NCBI GenBank assembly: GCA_045105315.1
Contig: JBGCDI010000003.1
Location: 1,709-65,708, forward strand
Direction of reading: 5' to 3'
Origin: Phycisphaerales bacterium
GTDB lineage: Bacteria > Planctomycetota > Phycisphaerae > Phycisphaerales > UBA1924
DNA length: 64,000 nt
This document shows, piece after piece, positions 17,275-26,646 of the stretch. Position 1 is the first letter of the stretch, and each line of letters starts with the position of its first letter. The translations under genes were made by a program, and so were the position numbers. The notes below the pieces were generated by a model. It ran no database searches and had not been told where the DNA came from. It saw only the letters and a list, made by a program, of their open reading frames with translations.

Positions 17275-17769
17275 TTAGGGGATCACTTGCCGAGGATCGA
17301 TTCTTGAACCAGCAGCGCTTGGTTCAAAGAACACCCAGCTGGGATCCCCGAGCGCATTGATCTGGATTGGATCCTGGGTCATCCGTGAATGCTCCTCGAT
17401 GTACGCGACCCAGTGGGACATCAAAAGCCCAAGAATCAGACATCCGATCCACGCGCCCATTTCGGCGCTTCGTCGATGACGGATGAATGCAAGGATCCCG
17501 ACCCCCAACGCAACCGTTGCAAGCTTCCAGATCCCCAGAATCGCGGGTGATTGATATTCCATCATCGCTCGGGCGATCGGATTGACCTCGTTCATGCCCG
17601 AATGGGTCACATAGAGAATCGTGAGGTATAAATCCACCATCGACATCGCGGCGATCAGTGCGATCAGCAGAATCACCCGGAATGAACGCTTCCCAAATGG
17701 GAGTACCAGCGAGTGTGTCCAAGAATGATTGATTGCTGAAAAATCAGGTGACTGGATAGAAGAATCCAT
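17275..17769 (-). CDS. small polytopic membrane protein (DUF5658-like)
   Basis: 164 aa with about 4 TM helices. The motif DLYLTILYVTHSGMNEVNPIARAMM resembles DUF5658 as I remember it. Confidence 0.5.
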   Translation of the reverse strand: MDSSIQSPDFSAINHSWTHSLVLPFGKRSFRVILLIALIAAMSMVDLYLTILYVTHSGMNEVNPIARAMMEYQSPAILGIWKLATVALGVGILAFIRHRRSAEMGAWIGCLILGLLMSHWVAYIEEHSRMTQDPIQINALGDPSWVFFEPSAAGSRIDPRQVIP

Positions 17770-18039
17770 TGGGTGTGTATCGTCTGATCATTCGATGGAT
17801 CTCATCAAGCAATGCGTTGCATTTGAAAGATCACGGTTCTCGGTCGATCCATAGCATTCATACGGGCAAATCCTCTATAATGCAGTCGGATTTGGGCCGC
17901 AACTCGGATGATTCTCGGATGTTCAACTTCTGGGACAGGTTCCAATCACGCATCCGAAAGCCCAGCACCAGAACGGAGCATTCCGCTGAATCTATCACGA
18001 TTGAATCGAATTTTTCCGAGTCCTGCAGGATTCCGCTTG

Positions 18040-21000
18040 ATGGGGCGTGCATGTACACGCACACAGACCCGCACTCAGACTCCCACTCAGACACATTCGT
18101 TGATCAAGCTGAGTGTGTGTGTTGGTGTATGTGCTGTAGCCCAGCTGGCGCATGGACAGCGCGTCAACCAAAGCGCCGTCGCCAACCCAGTCTACATCGC
18201 TGATGCGCCCCTCGCGATCGAAACCATCGAACGCGCCCTCGCACTCTCAGAGCAAGGCAGCGACAACGAAGCAGCACGGACCCTTACCGAACTCATCATC
18301 AATCAAGGCCAGCGCTTTACGCTCCGAGATCCTGTTCCTGAATCAGAAGATCCAGATACAGCCAGCCCAGATACACCCAGTAATACAGAGAACCCTGTGT
18401 GGATCCCGGTGCGCACGCGCGTGCACATGATTCTCCAGTCAAAGCCATCCCTGCTCAGTGCATACCGGCGCATCAACACCCCGAAAGCTCAACGGCTACT
18501 CGATGCAAATCAATGGGAACAAGCACGGGAAAAGTACTGGCTGACTACACCCGGCGCAAACGCGTCGCTCAACTACGCGCAGGTGCTGATCGAAAGCGCT
18601 CGGTTTGCGCCCGGTCTGCGAGAGCTGGATCGTCTGCTTTCGCATCCTGACGCGAGCTCGATATCTTTGCGAGCTTTATCACTCGTTGAGCTGTGTGCCC
18701 GTGCAAGCGATCAATCGAATGTTGATTCGCGTATCAACACACTCCTTGATCAATGGTCCTCGCGTGCAGGTCGCGCTCCAGATGTGGGCGACCCGTTCAC
18801 AAGACCACCGCAAAGCGGTGACCAGGTCCGTGCTTTGCTCTCGGCGCCGATTGATCTAAACCAAGAAAGCCTGCGTCTCAACGGGATTGTCCCGCGTCCG
18901 ATTGCGGGGGCCAAGCTCACACCGCCCCCAACTTCTGATGAGCTTGGTTCGGTGAGTGATCAACCCGCGCCCGGCGCGGTGAGTCAGCCCAAGCCTTGGA
19001 CAATGCCTGTGCTGCTTGGGGATACATTGATTGCCAATGACGGGATCACGATCACCTCGTTTGATCGCTTTACCCTCCGCCCGAAGTGGCGCTTGACCAC
19101 CACTGAGCTCGACACTGATGACCAAGACAGGTCAAGCATCGGTGTCCGGTCTCGCATCGCTCGCACGGTCGAAGATTTGTCGACCGCAACGATCCACAGC
19201 GATCGTGTCTATCTTGCTGCGGGACTCGCTCGCACCGGAGGACGAACAGGCGACAACCGGATCCTCTCCATCGACGCCCAGTCAGGCGCGCTCGTCAAAC
19301 AAACCACACTCGCTGAGCTCGACCCAGCACTCGAAGGATCAACCGTCCGAGGCACACTTCTCGTTGACGGGGACACACTGATCATCGCAGCACGCAAAAA
19401 CCTCAGACGCGAACGACTGGTCGTGCTAGCACTGGTAGGAATCAATCGCCATACCTTTGAGCACCAATGGACACGAGAAATCGGCAGCGCCGGCTCACTC
19501 CCATTCCAGCAGATCGGACAGATTTCGCATTCAGGAATCCTCGATCAAGGCATCATCTACTGGACCGACATGATGGGGCTCGTGTGCGCCGTCGAATCAG
19601 CAACAGGCGAAGCACTCTGGGCAAAATCGATGCCCACCACAGATATCTACGCACGCTATGAACGGGATCCCTGGACCGTGTCGACCCCGATTGTTCGTGA
19701 TGACAATCTCTTCATTCTCGCAGCAGCGGGTCAGCGGATCGACAAAATCAACGCACGCACTGGTGATCGCATTTCCTCCACACGATCGATGGTCAGCGGT
19801 CAAGGGTTGTACCTTCTCGAAACCCCGACCTCCCTGGTGTGCATCAACAACACCGCGATCGCTCTCCATCGCTTTGATAAGTTCGCAGTCAATAAACCGA
19901 TCCTCGCCACACCGACAAGCGACGGAAGGGCTGCGTTCCGAGGCCGGGTCGTGACGACCGGAGAATCACTCCTGGTTCCCATCCTTGATGGTGTCGGGGT
20001 CATCGACACGACTCAATACATCAACAACCAACCAGCCAATGCGCGCCAGCTCATCACACTCGAAACCACCGGCATGATCACTGCGCTCGATGGTCAGCTC
20101 ATCGTCGCGGGTGAAAGCGAAATCTGGAGCTACCTCTCGTGGGATATCGCTCGACAGTTCCTCAATGATCGGATCGAGAATCTGAACGATGTGCACGCCG
20201 CGATCACGATGGGTGATCTTGCATACCGGTCAGATCATCACAGCGAAATTATCCCCGCGATCGACCGCGCCATCGAGATGCTCCGCTCATCGAATCTCAA
20301 CAGTTCAAGAGTCAATGCAGACCACGCTGATGCTCGTCAGCGACTGTTTGCGATCATGCAAGATATGGTCGGTCTCCCTGGACACACCTCAGCAGACTCC
20401 ACATCAACACCAGATAGCCCAACGGAAATCATCAGCAGTGAGATCCGTGATCAGCTCATCGAGCGCTGCGGGATCGTTGCCAGAACTGCAGACCAGGTCC
20501 TTGCCCATCAAATGACCCAAGGCGCCTGGCAAACCGTGCTCGGTCAAATTCCCGATGCGGTCCGCGTCTATCACGGCATCCTGAGTAACCCATCACTCGC
20601 CAACGGGATGTGGCAAGGAACCGGACTCGCGATCCGCGCCGAGCTCGAAGCAACCAATCAGCTCAGCCGCATCGTGAGTGAGCACGGCCGAAACGCATGC
20701 GCGATGTTCGATCAGCTCGCGCTCGCAGACACCCAAGCACTCTCTGGTTCACGCAATCCAGAAGACTTCGAGCAACTCGCGCGACAATATCCGTGGGCAC
20801 CAACAATCCCGGCAGTCTGGTCGCAAGCTGCAGACCTCTGGGCACTCAACGACAACCACGCTGCGTCCGTCCGCGCCGCCCAGTCAGGATTTGATGCACT
20901 CGAGCGCCTCCAAGTTCATGGATTAGCACCTGACCAAACCACGCTGGACTCCCTTGGTTCATCTCTCATCACCGGACTCCTCGGCGCTCAGCGCCAAAGC

Positions 21001-22485
21001 GATGCATCACGAGCAGCAACCAGACTCGCAAGCGACTATCCATCAATCAGCATCACCGTCAACGGCCAACCCATCGACGCAGGACAACTCTCGATCGGTC
21101 TCTCCTCAGCCCAGCCCGCGCCGATACTGGGAAGCCGGTTCGTGATCGACCAACAACCTGCATTGCTCACCGGGTCACCCGTCAAATCTCCGATCCGCAC
21201 AGAGTTTGACACCATCGTCATGTACGCGCCCCAGCTCGGACAAGCACGGATGATCAGGCTTACTGATCCAACCAATCCTGAGTTGCTCTGGACCAGACAA
21301 GCACCCGATGTTGAGCCTCCGATTGTTGCGGTGCACAACGAGTACCAGACCGTGCTGATTTGGCCCGGGACTGGTTCTGAACCCGCTGCAAACTCGATTG
21401 AGTCCATCGAAACCGTGACCGGAAAGACACGATGGAAACTCGAAAGCATCGGACAACAAATGCGATCACGATCGATGCGCGTTCCCGATGAAACAGCTCT
21501 TGTTGACGGACAGTTCACCACACCAACACAAGGCGTAGTCATCCCCGATCAGATCATCACCACAAGCGATGGATCCGTCATCGTCATGGTTGATCGGATT
21601 GGCCGAGCAATCGGAATCGATATCCTCTCGGGACAAGTCTTGTGGGCAGGTGAACTCCCGGTCAACCGTGTGCACAGCGTCGATCTCGCATCAGGAGTGC
21701 TTGGTGTTGCCGGCATGTGGTATGTTGATCATGATCCCGAGCGCGGACAAGTATTGATGCGCGCACCCCGCATCGCATCGATCGACGCGCGGACCGGTCA
21801 AACTCTCCAGCTCGTTGATGCCCAGACCTCAACCCCGCGCTGGCTCCGCGTCGCTCCATCAGGGAATCTGATCGTGGGCACAAGCCAGCGGATACTCTCG
21901 GTGTCAACCCGGACCGGATCACTCGACTGGGTCATCCGCAACGATCAACTCTTTAACACAACCGCGGGATGGATCGTGGATGATTCACTCTTTGTGCTCG
22001 ATGAGTTTGTGAATCTTTGGCCAATCGGGCTCGGTGATGGAAATCTCCAAACCAATCCGCTGGACACACAAAACCGAATCACCGAACGCGGATGGGTGAA
22101 TGTCAAACCGCACAAGCAGTACCTCAGTGTTGCTGCGTCGGGTGGATTTGGTATCTTCTCTCACGACGGACGAACCCTGGGCATTGACGCTCAGCAAAGC
22201 AGTTGGCCATATATTGATGCCGGCTGGGCAACCGATCGGATCGCGATGGTCACGCGAGCTCAACCCGGAAACCGAGCAACGGATCAAGCTGGGAATGAAC
22301 CCAATGATCAATCAAAGATGCATATCGAGATCAACATGTTTGAGCAAACCAACGCGCTGCTCACCGATTCAATGACCCTCACGCTCCCAAGCGCGATTCA
22401 ACGGCAGCCCACAACAGTACAAGCAGCCAACGGCGTTGTGGTCGTTGGGTTCGGTGAAGTGAGTGTGCTTTTGCAAACACAGTGA
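18040..22485 (+). CDS. giant secreted PQQ-like/BamB-like double beta-propeller protein
   Basis: The ORF starts at 17908. The Met at 18040 precedes a signal-like LIKLSVCVGVCAVAQLAHGQ. Repeated ...TG[EKQ]xxW... strands (ESATGEALWAKS, ETVTGKTRWKLE, ILSGQVLWAGE, STRTGSLDWVI) are separated by a helical region. Confidence 0.7.
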   Translation: MGRACTRTQTRTQTPTQTHSLIKLSVCVGVCAVAQLAHGQRVNQSAVANPVYIADAPLAIETIERALALSEQGSDNEAARTLTELIINQGQRFTLRDPVPESEDPDTASPDTPSNTENPVWIPVRTRVHMILQSKPSLLSAYRRINTPKAQRLLDANQWEQAREKYWLTTPGANASLNYAQVLIESARFAPGLRELDRLLSHPDASSISLRALSLVELCARASDQSNVDSRINTLLDQWSSRAGRAPDVGDPFTRPPQSGDQVRALLSAPIDLNQESLRLNGIVPRPIAGAKLTPPPTSDELGSVSDQPAPGAVSQPKPWTMPVLLGDTLIANDGITITSFDRFTLRPKWRLTTTELDTDDQDRSSIGVRSRIARTVEDLSTATIHSDRVYLAAGLARTGGRTGDNRILSIDAQSGALVKQTTLAELDPALEGSTVRGTLLVDGDTLIIAARKNLRRERLVVLALVGINRHTFEHQWTREIGSAGSLPFQQIGQISHSGILDQGIIYWTDMMGLVCAVESATGEALWAKSMPTTDIYARYERDPWTVSTPIVRDDNLFILAAAGQRIDKINARTGDRISSTRSMVSGQGLYLLETPTSLVCINNTAIALHRFDKFAVNKPILATPTSDGRAAFRGRVVTTGESLLVPILDGVGVIDTTQYINNQPANARQLITLETTGMITALDGQLIVAGESEIWSYLSWDIARQFLNDRIENLNDVHAAITMGDLAYRSDHHSEIIPAIDRAIEMLRSSNLNSSRVNADHADARQRLFAIMQDMVGLPGHTSADSTSTPDSPTEIISSEIRDQLIERCGIVARTADQVLAHQMTQGAWQTVLGQIPDAVRVYHGILSNPSLANGMWQGTGLAIRAELEATNQLSRIVSEHGRNACAMFDQLALADTQALSGSRNPEDFEQLARQYPWAPTIPAVWSQAADLWALNDNHAASVRAAQSGFDALERLQVHGLAPDQTTLDSLGSSLITGLLGAQRQSDASRAATRLASDYPSISITVNGQPIDAGQLSIGLSSAQPAPILGSRFVIDQQPALLTGSPVKSPIRTEFDTIVMYAPQLGQARMIRLTDPTNPELLWTRQAPDVEPPIVAVHNEYQTVLIWPGTGSEPAANSIESIETVTGKTRWKLESIGQQMRSRSMRVPDETALVDGQFTTPTQGVVIPDQIITTSDGSVIVMVDRIGRAIGIDILSGQVLWAGELPVNRVHSVDLASGVLGVAGMWYVDHDPERGQVLMRAPRIASIDARTGQTLQLVDAQTSTPRWLRVAPSGNLIVGTSQRILSVSTRTGSLDWVIRNDQLFNTTAGWIVDDSLFVLDEFVNLWPIGLGDGNLQTNPLDTQNRITERGWVNVKPHKQYLSVAASGGFGIFSHDGRTLGIDAQQSSWPYIDAGWATDRIAMVTRAQPGNRATDQAGNEPNDQSKMHIEINMFEQTNALLTDSMTLTLPSAIQRQPTTVQAANGVVVVGFGEVSVLLQTQ

Positions 22486-22487
22486 GA

Positions 22488-22970
22488 TCAAACCGCAGTT
22501 GTTGAAGGATCATGCCCTTGTTCAATCCGGGTGATCTTGTCGACGCGCCGCTCGTGACGACCCCCATCAAAGGGTGTGTTGATCCAGACCTCAACAATCT
22601 TGTCCATGAGCCTGGCACCAAGAAGATCCGCAGACAAACACAACACATTGGCATCGTTGTGCGAGCGAGAGAGCTGAGCAGTCAGCTCGTCATGAACAAG
22701 CGCCGCGCGGAGCCCATCGATTTTGTTTGCGGCGATCGACATCCCGATCCCGGTCCCGCAGATCAGGATTCCGCGATTCGCTTTGTCGCTGGTGACCTGC
22801 TGACCAACCTGCCACGCTTTCTCAGGATAATCACATGGCTGATCATCGCATTCACCAACAACCCAGCCATCATGACCAAGGTTCTGAATGGTTTCAAGAA
22901 TCTGATTCGCTGCAGAAGACCCGCGATGGTCTGAACCGATCGCAATAGTCAGCGGTGTTGAAGGGCTCAT
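22488..22970 (-). CDS. rpiB: ribose-5-phosphate isomerase B
   Basis: 160 aa with IAIGSDHRG...ILICGTGIGMSIAANK. There is a 4-nt overlap with the upstream gene. Confidence 0.9.
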   Translation of the reverse strand: MSPSTPLTIAIGSDHRGSSAANQILETIQNLGHDGWVVGECDDQPCDYPEKAWQVGQQVTSDKANRGILICGTGIGMSIAANKIDGLRAALVHDELTAQLSRSHNDANVLCLSADLLGARLMDKIVEVWINTPFDGGRHERRVDKITRIEQGHDPSTTAV

Positions 22971-24139
22971 ATCCGTATCTCCTGGAATCGCTGGTTGATC
23001 AACTCTTTGAGCCGATCCGCGGTGTGTTGGTACACTTCGATCTCTTGTCCGATTGGATCAGGCACGCCTTGTATTTCATCAAGCACAAAGACCTTGTGTA
23101 CCGAGTTGGGGGCCATGGTCATGACGCCTTGTGCGTGCGACGGGGTCATGGTGTAGATCACTTCTGCGTTGTCGATCATCTCCAGTGTCAACAACTTGGA
23201 CTGATGATCCTCAAGCCCAAACCCAGCGTCAACCCCCATGCGTTTGATCACTTCAATCGCGTGTTTGGTCGCGGGGATATTGGTGCTCGCTGCCACCCCG
23301 GCGCTGTCGATGTGGGTGGTGATCCCCTCGCGTTCTTGATCGTTGAACAACTGCCGCGCGATCGCAAGAGCCATCGGAGATCGGCAAGTGTTCCCGGTAC
23401 ACACAAACAGAATTGTGCGCTCAAGCTCATTGAGCACATCGCGCTCAGTAAGGACCCCATACTCGCTGACCTCAATGCGTCCGTTGATTGAAAGCGTAAT
23501 AGTTGTGGAACCCTTTTGATGCAGCGTTGGACCATCGTCGATGATGATGCCTGGAGTCGGTACTTCACCTGATTCAAAGCTGATCGGGATCGGACCAATG
23601 TCAACACCGGGATTCTCACCCTGGGCCCAAGACGCCGCACCAAGACGACGAGCGATACACGCAGCCCCGCTGTTGCGGATCACCTGCCTGCACACCGGAT
23701 GATCCGGGATGCGGATCGCGATGTGCGTCCCATCATCAATGACCCCACGAGGAATTGACAGCGATTGACACAACGCAGCAATCGCATGCTCAGGCTGTTC
23801 AATCACCAAACGCGAAGGACCAGGCAAAAGCCGATGCACCAATCGGCGCACAGTTGCTGCTTCAAGCACAAGATGTTCGAGTATGACATCCAAATCCGCA
23901 ACATGCAGTGTCATGCGCGGCTGACCGTCCACCTCAGGATTCCCAGTAATCGAATCAAGTAATCCAGCGCCCTGATCATCAGCTCGCGCAAACAGACCAT
24001 ACAGCGTATCAGTTGGCATAACCACACACTGATGATCAAGCAACCCATCAGCTGCTCGCTGAATCGTTGCGGTGCGCGCTTCGGGATTCATCTTCGAATA
24101 TTGCAGTCCGACTTCAGGCATAGAACACAATAGGTGCAC
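22967..24139 (-). CDS. fusion of a TsaC/Sua5/YwlC-like domain and a low-molecular-weight protein phosphatase domain
   Basis: N-terminal VVMPTDTLYGLFARADD (YrdC/Sua5 fold). C-terminal ILFVCTGNTCRSPMA...DSAG...VPDPIG (LMW-PTP/YwlE-type CX5R loop). Confidence 0.8.
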   Translation of the reverse strand: MHLLCSMPEVGLQYSKMNPEARTATIQRAADGLLDHQCVVMPTDTLYGLFARADDQGAGLLDSITGNPEVDGQPRMTLHVADLDVILEHLVLEAATVRRLVHRLLPGPSRLVIEQPEHAIAALCQSLSIPRGVIDDGTHIAIRIPDHPVCRQVIRNSGAACIARRLGAASWAQGENPGVDIGPIPISFESGEVPTPGIIIDDGPTLHQKGSTTITLSINGRIEVSEYGVLTERDVLNELERTILFVCTGNTCRSPMALAIARQLFNDQEREGITTHIDSAGVAASTNIPATKHAIEVIKRMGVDAGFGLEDHQSKLLTLEMIDNAEVIYTMTPSHAQGVMTMAPNSVHKVFVLDEIQGVPDPIGQEIEVYQHTADRLKELINQRFQEIRI

Positions 24140-24407
24140 GATGCGCTCGAAGCGCCACGCTCAAATCACCCCCTATCACACCTCAGCGTCTGCCAGCACG
24201 CGCATCAACTGTACCATCGCGCAGAAACCCAAAACTAATTTCGTTGAATTCAGTTCGCGTTGCCTTGTTCTGGATGTTGACGGTTGACAAAGACCCCACT
24301 TGGATTTAGGGTAGGTGTTGCTGTTGGGCTGTGGTTTTAGGACGCTCATCAGCAGGGACACATGTTAAACTCCATTTGGAAACTCGGATTACCTATCAGC
24401 TGCACTC

Positions 24408-26087
24408 ATGAACGGTCCACCACACCGCTCATCAACTCAGCTCGTGAGTAAATCCTCAGCACGAAAGCTCATGATCACGATGGGGCAAGTTGACCGCTAT
24501 CACGATCGAAAGCAGGACCAAGCGGTCCTGAACGATGTCTTGGCGCAGATCCGCGCTCAGCATCCCGAGCATGCGCGCAAATGGTTTGATGAGCTCGAAC
24601 CCCTCGGTACCGTCGCAAGCTCTTTCGGGATCCGCGCCCAGAGTGAAATGCACCGCGACTATCTCAGGCGTACATGTCTAGATGCATTCAACGAAGCGCT
24701 CCGAGACATCACTCTTGAGCTGCTCGCGGTCCGGTTCCTTGGACCCCAAGACCAATGGGAAACACCACCAAACACACCCAAGAAATCAAACAAGCAAGCA
24801 ATCCCAAATCAGCTCCCAGCTCAACAAATCGAGCATTCACCCTCGATCAAAAATGATCACACCGCATCCATTCCCCCCACTGAACGCGCTCCAGTGACCC
24901 AAAGCCAATCCAACTCAATCTGGGCTGACGAAGCAGGTGTCCCCCAAAACGAGCTTGATCGCCAAAGTCAGACCAACAACCAAACAGTCAACACCCCGAT
25001 CGTCCACGCGAGCTCAGAACGATCCAGACTCGATTCAAGCGGAGCCCTCCCGATCAATCCTGATTATGGATTCGGCGAGTTCGTCATCGGACCAAACAAC
25101 AGACTCGCCCACGCAGCCTCCGTCGCGGTCTCTGAAAACCCAGGATTCGCGTACAACCCCCTCTTCATCCATGGCGGGGTCGGGCTTGGTAAAACCCACC
25201 TGCTCCAAGCGATCTGCCTGAAAATAACCCAAGAAAATCCCGGGATCAACCTCCATTATGTTTCCTGCGATGGATTCATGACCCAGTTCATGAACGCGGT
25301 CCAGTCCGGACAGATGGCTGAGTTCAGACACACCTTCCGCGATATCGACCTCCTCGTCATCGATGACATCCACTTCCTGGCGCGCAGGGACCGCACGCAA
25401 GAAGAGTTCTTCCATACCTTCAACGCTCTCTATCAAGGCAACAAACAAATCATCCTCTCATCAGACGCTCCACCAGAAGAAATCCCCGATCTCGAAGAAC
25501 GGCTCGTCTCCCGGTTCATGTGGGGGCTGGTAGCCAAAGTCGAGAAGCCGGGATTCGAAACCCGGATCGAGATTCTCAAACGCAAAGCAGATGCTCGCGG
25601 GATCAAACTCCCCGAACCCGTCGTCACCGAAATCGCGCACTACATCGATACCAACATCCGCGAGCTCGAAGGAGCAATCACCAAACTCCAGATATTCGCC
25701 AATGTCGAAAAACGAGACATCGATCTGGACCTCGCGCGCGATGCGCTCGGTCAAGAGTTTGCCAGTGCCGTCAGCGCCCAAGGCACCGGACCAACCATCG
25801 AACGCATCATCTCCGAAATCTCAGGGTACTACTCCGTCAAACGCACCGAAATCCTGGGCAAACGACGACACAAATCCATCGCACTCCCCAGACAAGTCGG
25901 GATGTACCTCACACGCAAATACACCAGACACTCCCTCGAAGAAATCGGCGCCCACTACGGCGGACGAGACCACACCACCGTCATGCACGCGGTCAAAACC
26001 ATCACCGCACGAAGCAAAGAAGACGAATCCCTCCACAGCGATGTCCTCGCAATCGAATCCCGGCTCCGCGTCGGATCTGGCAGCTAA
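24408..26087 (+). CDS. dnaA: chromosomal replication initiator protein DnaA
   Basis: Walker A GGVGLGKTHL, Walker B LLVIDDIHF, C-terminal HTH RRHKSIALPRQVGMYLTRKYT...GGRDHTTVMHA. Long Q/N/P-rich linker. The start may instead be the Met at 24471 or 24480. Confidence 0.92.
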   Translation: MNGPPHRSSTQLVSKSSARKLMITMGQVDRYHDRKQDQAVLNDVLAQIRAQHPEHARKWFDELEPLGTVASSFGIRAQSEMHRDYLRRTCLDAFNEALRDITLELLAVRFLGPQDQWETPPNTPKKSNKQAIPNQLPAQQIEHSPSIKNDHTASIPPTERAPVTQSQSNSIWADEAGVPQNELDRQSQTNNQTVNTPIVHASSERSRLDSSGALPINPDYGFGEFVIGPNNRLAHAASVAVSENPGFAYNPLFIHGGVGLGKTHLLQAICLKITQENPGINLHYVSCDGFMTQFMNAVQSGQMAEFRHTFRDIDLLVIDDIHFLARRDRTQEEFFHTFNALYQGNKQIILSSDAPPEEIPDLEERLVSRFMWGLVAKVEKPGFETRIEILKRKADARGIKLPEPVVTEIAHYIDTNIRELEGAITKLQIFANVEKRDIDLDLARDALGQEFASAVSAQGTGPTIERIISEISGYYSVKRTEILGKRRHKSIALPRQVGMYLTRKYTRHSLEEIGAHYGGRDHTTVMHAVKTITARSKEDESLHSDVLAIESRLRVGSGS

Positions 26088-26561
26088 ATACCAGCCCAAA
26101 TCAAACCGTTGGAATGGATTGCGTGCAAGCAAATCACTCCATATCCATGCGCCGATGAGACCGATCCAACCTGTCGCAAACGCTGGGGATAACCAGTGGA
26201 TAAGCGCGTGATTGCGCTCGCCAGCGCCAATTCAAATCACAAGACTCATTCACCCCCCGATCGACAAACACCCAACTCATGAGCGCATCAATCAATAACC
26301 AACAGATAACCGACAAGACACTCACCCAATCAATGCAATCATAAACATATGAAGCAAATACGCTTGTAGCACACAAGCCGGATTCATACACCAAATAGGC
26401 GCTTCAATTACTACCACCATCAATTCAATTCACTAATTGAATTAGAAGAGAAGAGACTTCCAGGATGCACACCAACGAGACGCTGAGTAGCTCTGCACAT
26501 GAGTGTGGACAGATGCGGGATAAGGCATCAAATACGTTTCAGGACGCAGATGCGTCGAGGA

Positions 26562-26646
26562 TTTCATATTGAGGGTATCCACATCAGCAGTTTCACATCA
26601 GCGATTTCATATCAGGGGCTTCATATCAGGAGTTTCACTTGGATTC
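26562..26646. repeat. about six tandem 14-bp units, core T[TC]CA[CT]ATCAG
   Basis: tttcatattgaggg / tatccacatcagcag / tttcacatcagcga / tttcatatcagggg / cttcatatcaggag / tttcacttgg. One unit contains gTATCCACA. The last unit runs into the tadA stop. Confidence 0.6.

Noticed and set aside
25520-26211. Two >200-aa + strand ORFs (25520..26158 and 25591..26211) overlapping the 3' half of dnaA in the other two frames
   Set aside because: The translations are Arg/His/Pro/Thr/Ser low-complexity strings with no domain-like pattern. The dnaA frame carries unmistakable AAA+ and HTH motifs. The open frames are explained by the T-poor strand, which contains few stop codons.
26134-26394. 86-aa minus-strand ORF with a hydrophobic stretch inside the non-coding block after dnaA
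   Set aside because: It has a TTG start, no SD-like sequence and odd composition (W/C/D-rich). It lies in a region better explained as regulatory or origin-like DNA. I cannot exclude a small membrane protein without conservation data.
26562-26646. The 14-bp tandem repeats considered as a CRISPR array or as parS sites
   Set aside because: The units are contiguous with no spacers and far shorter than CRISPR repeats. GTTTCAC matches only one half of the parS palindrome TGTTTCACGTGAAACA, and no full palindrome is present anywhere in the window.
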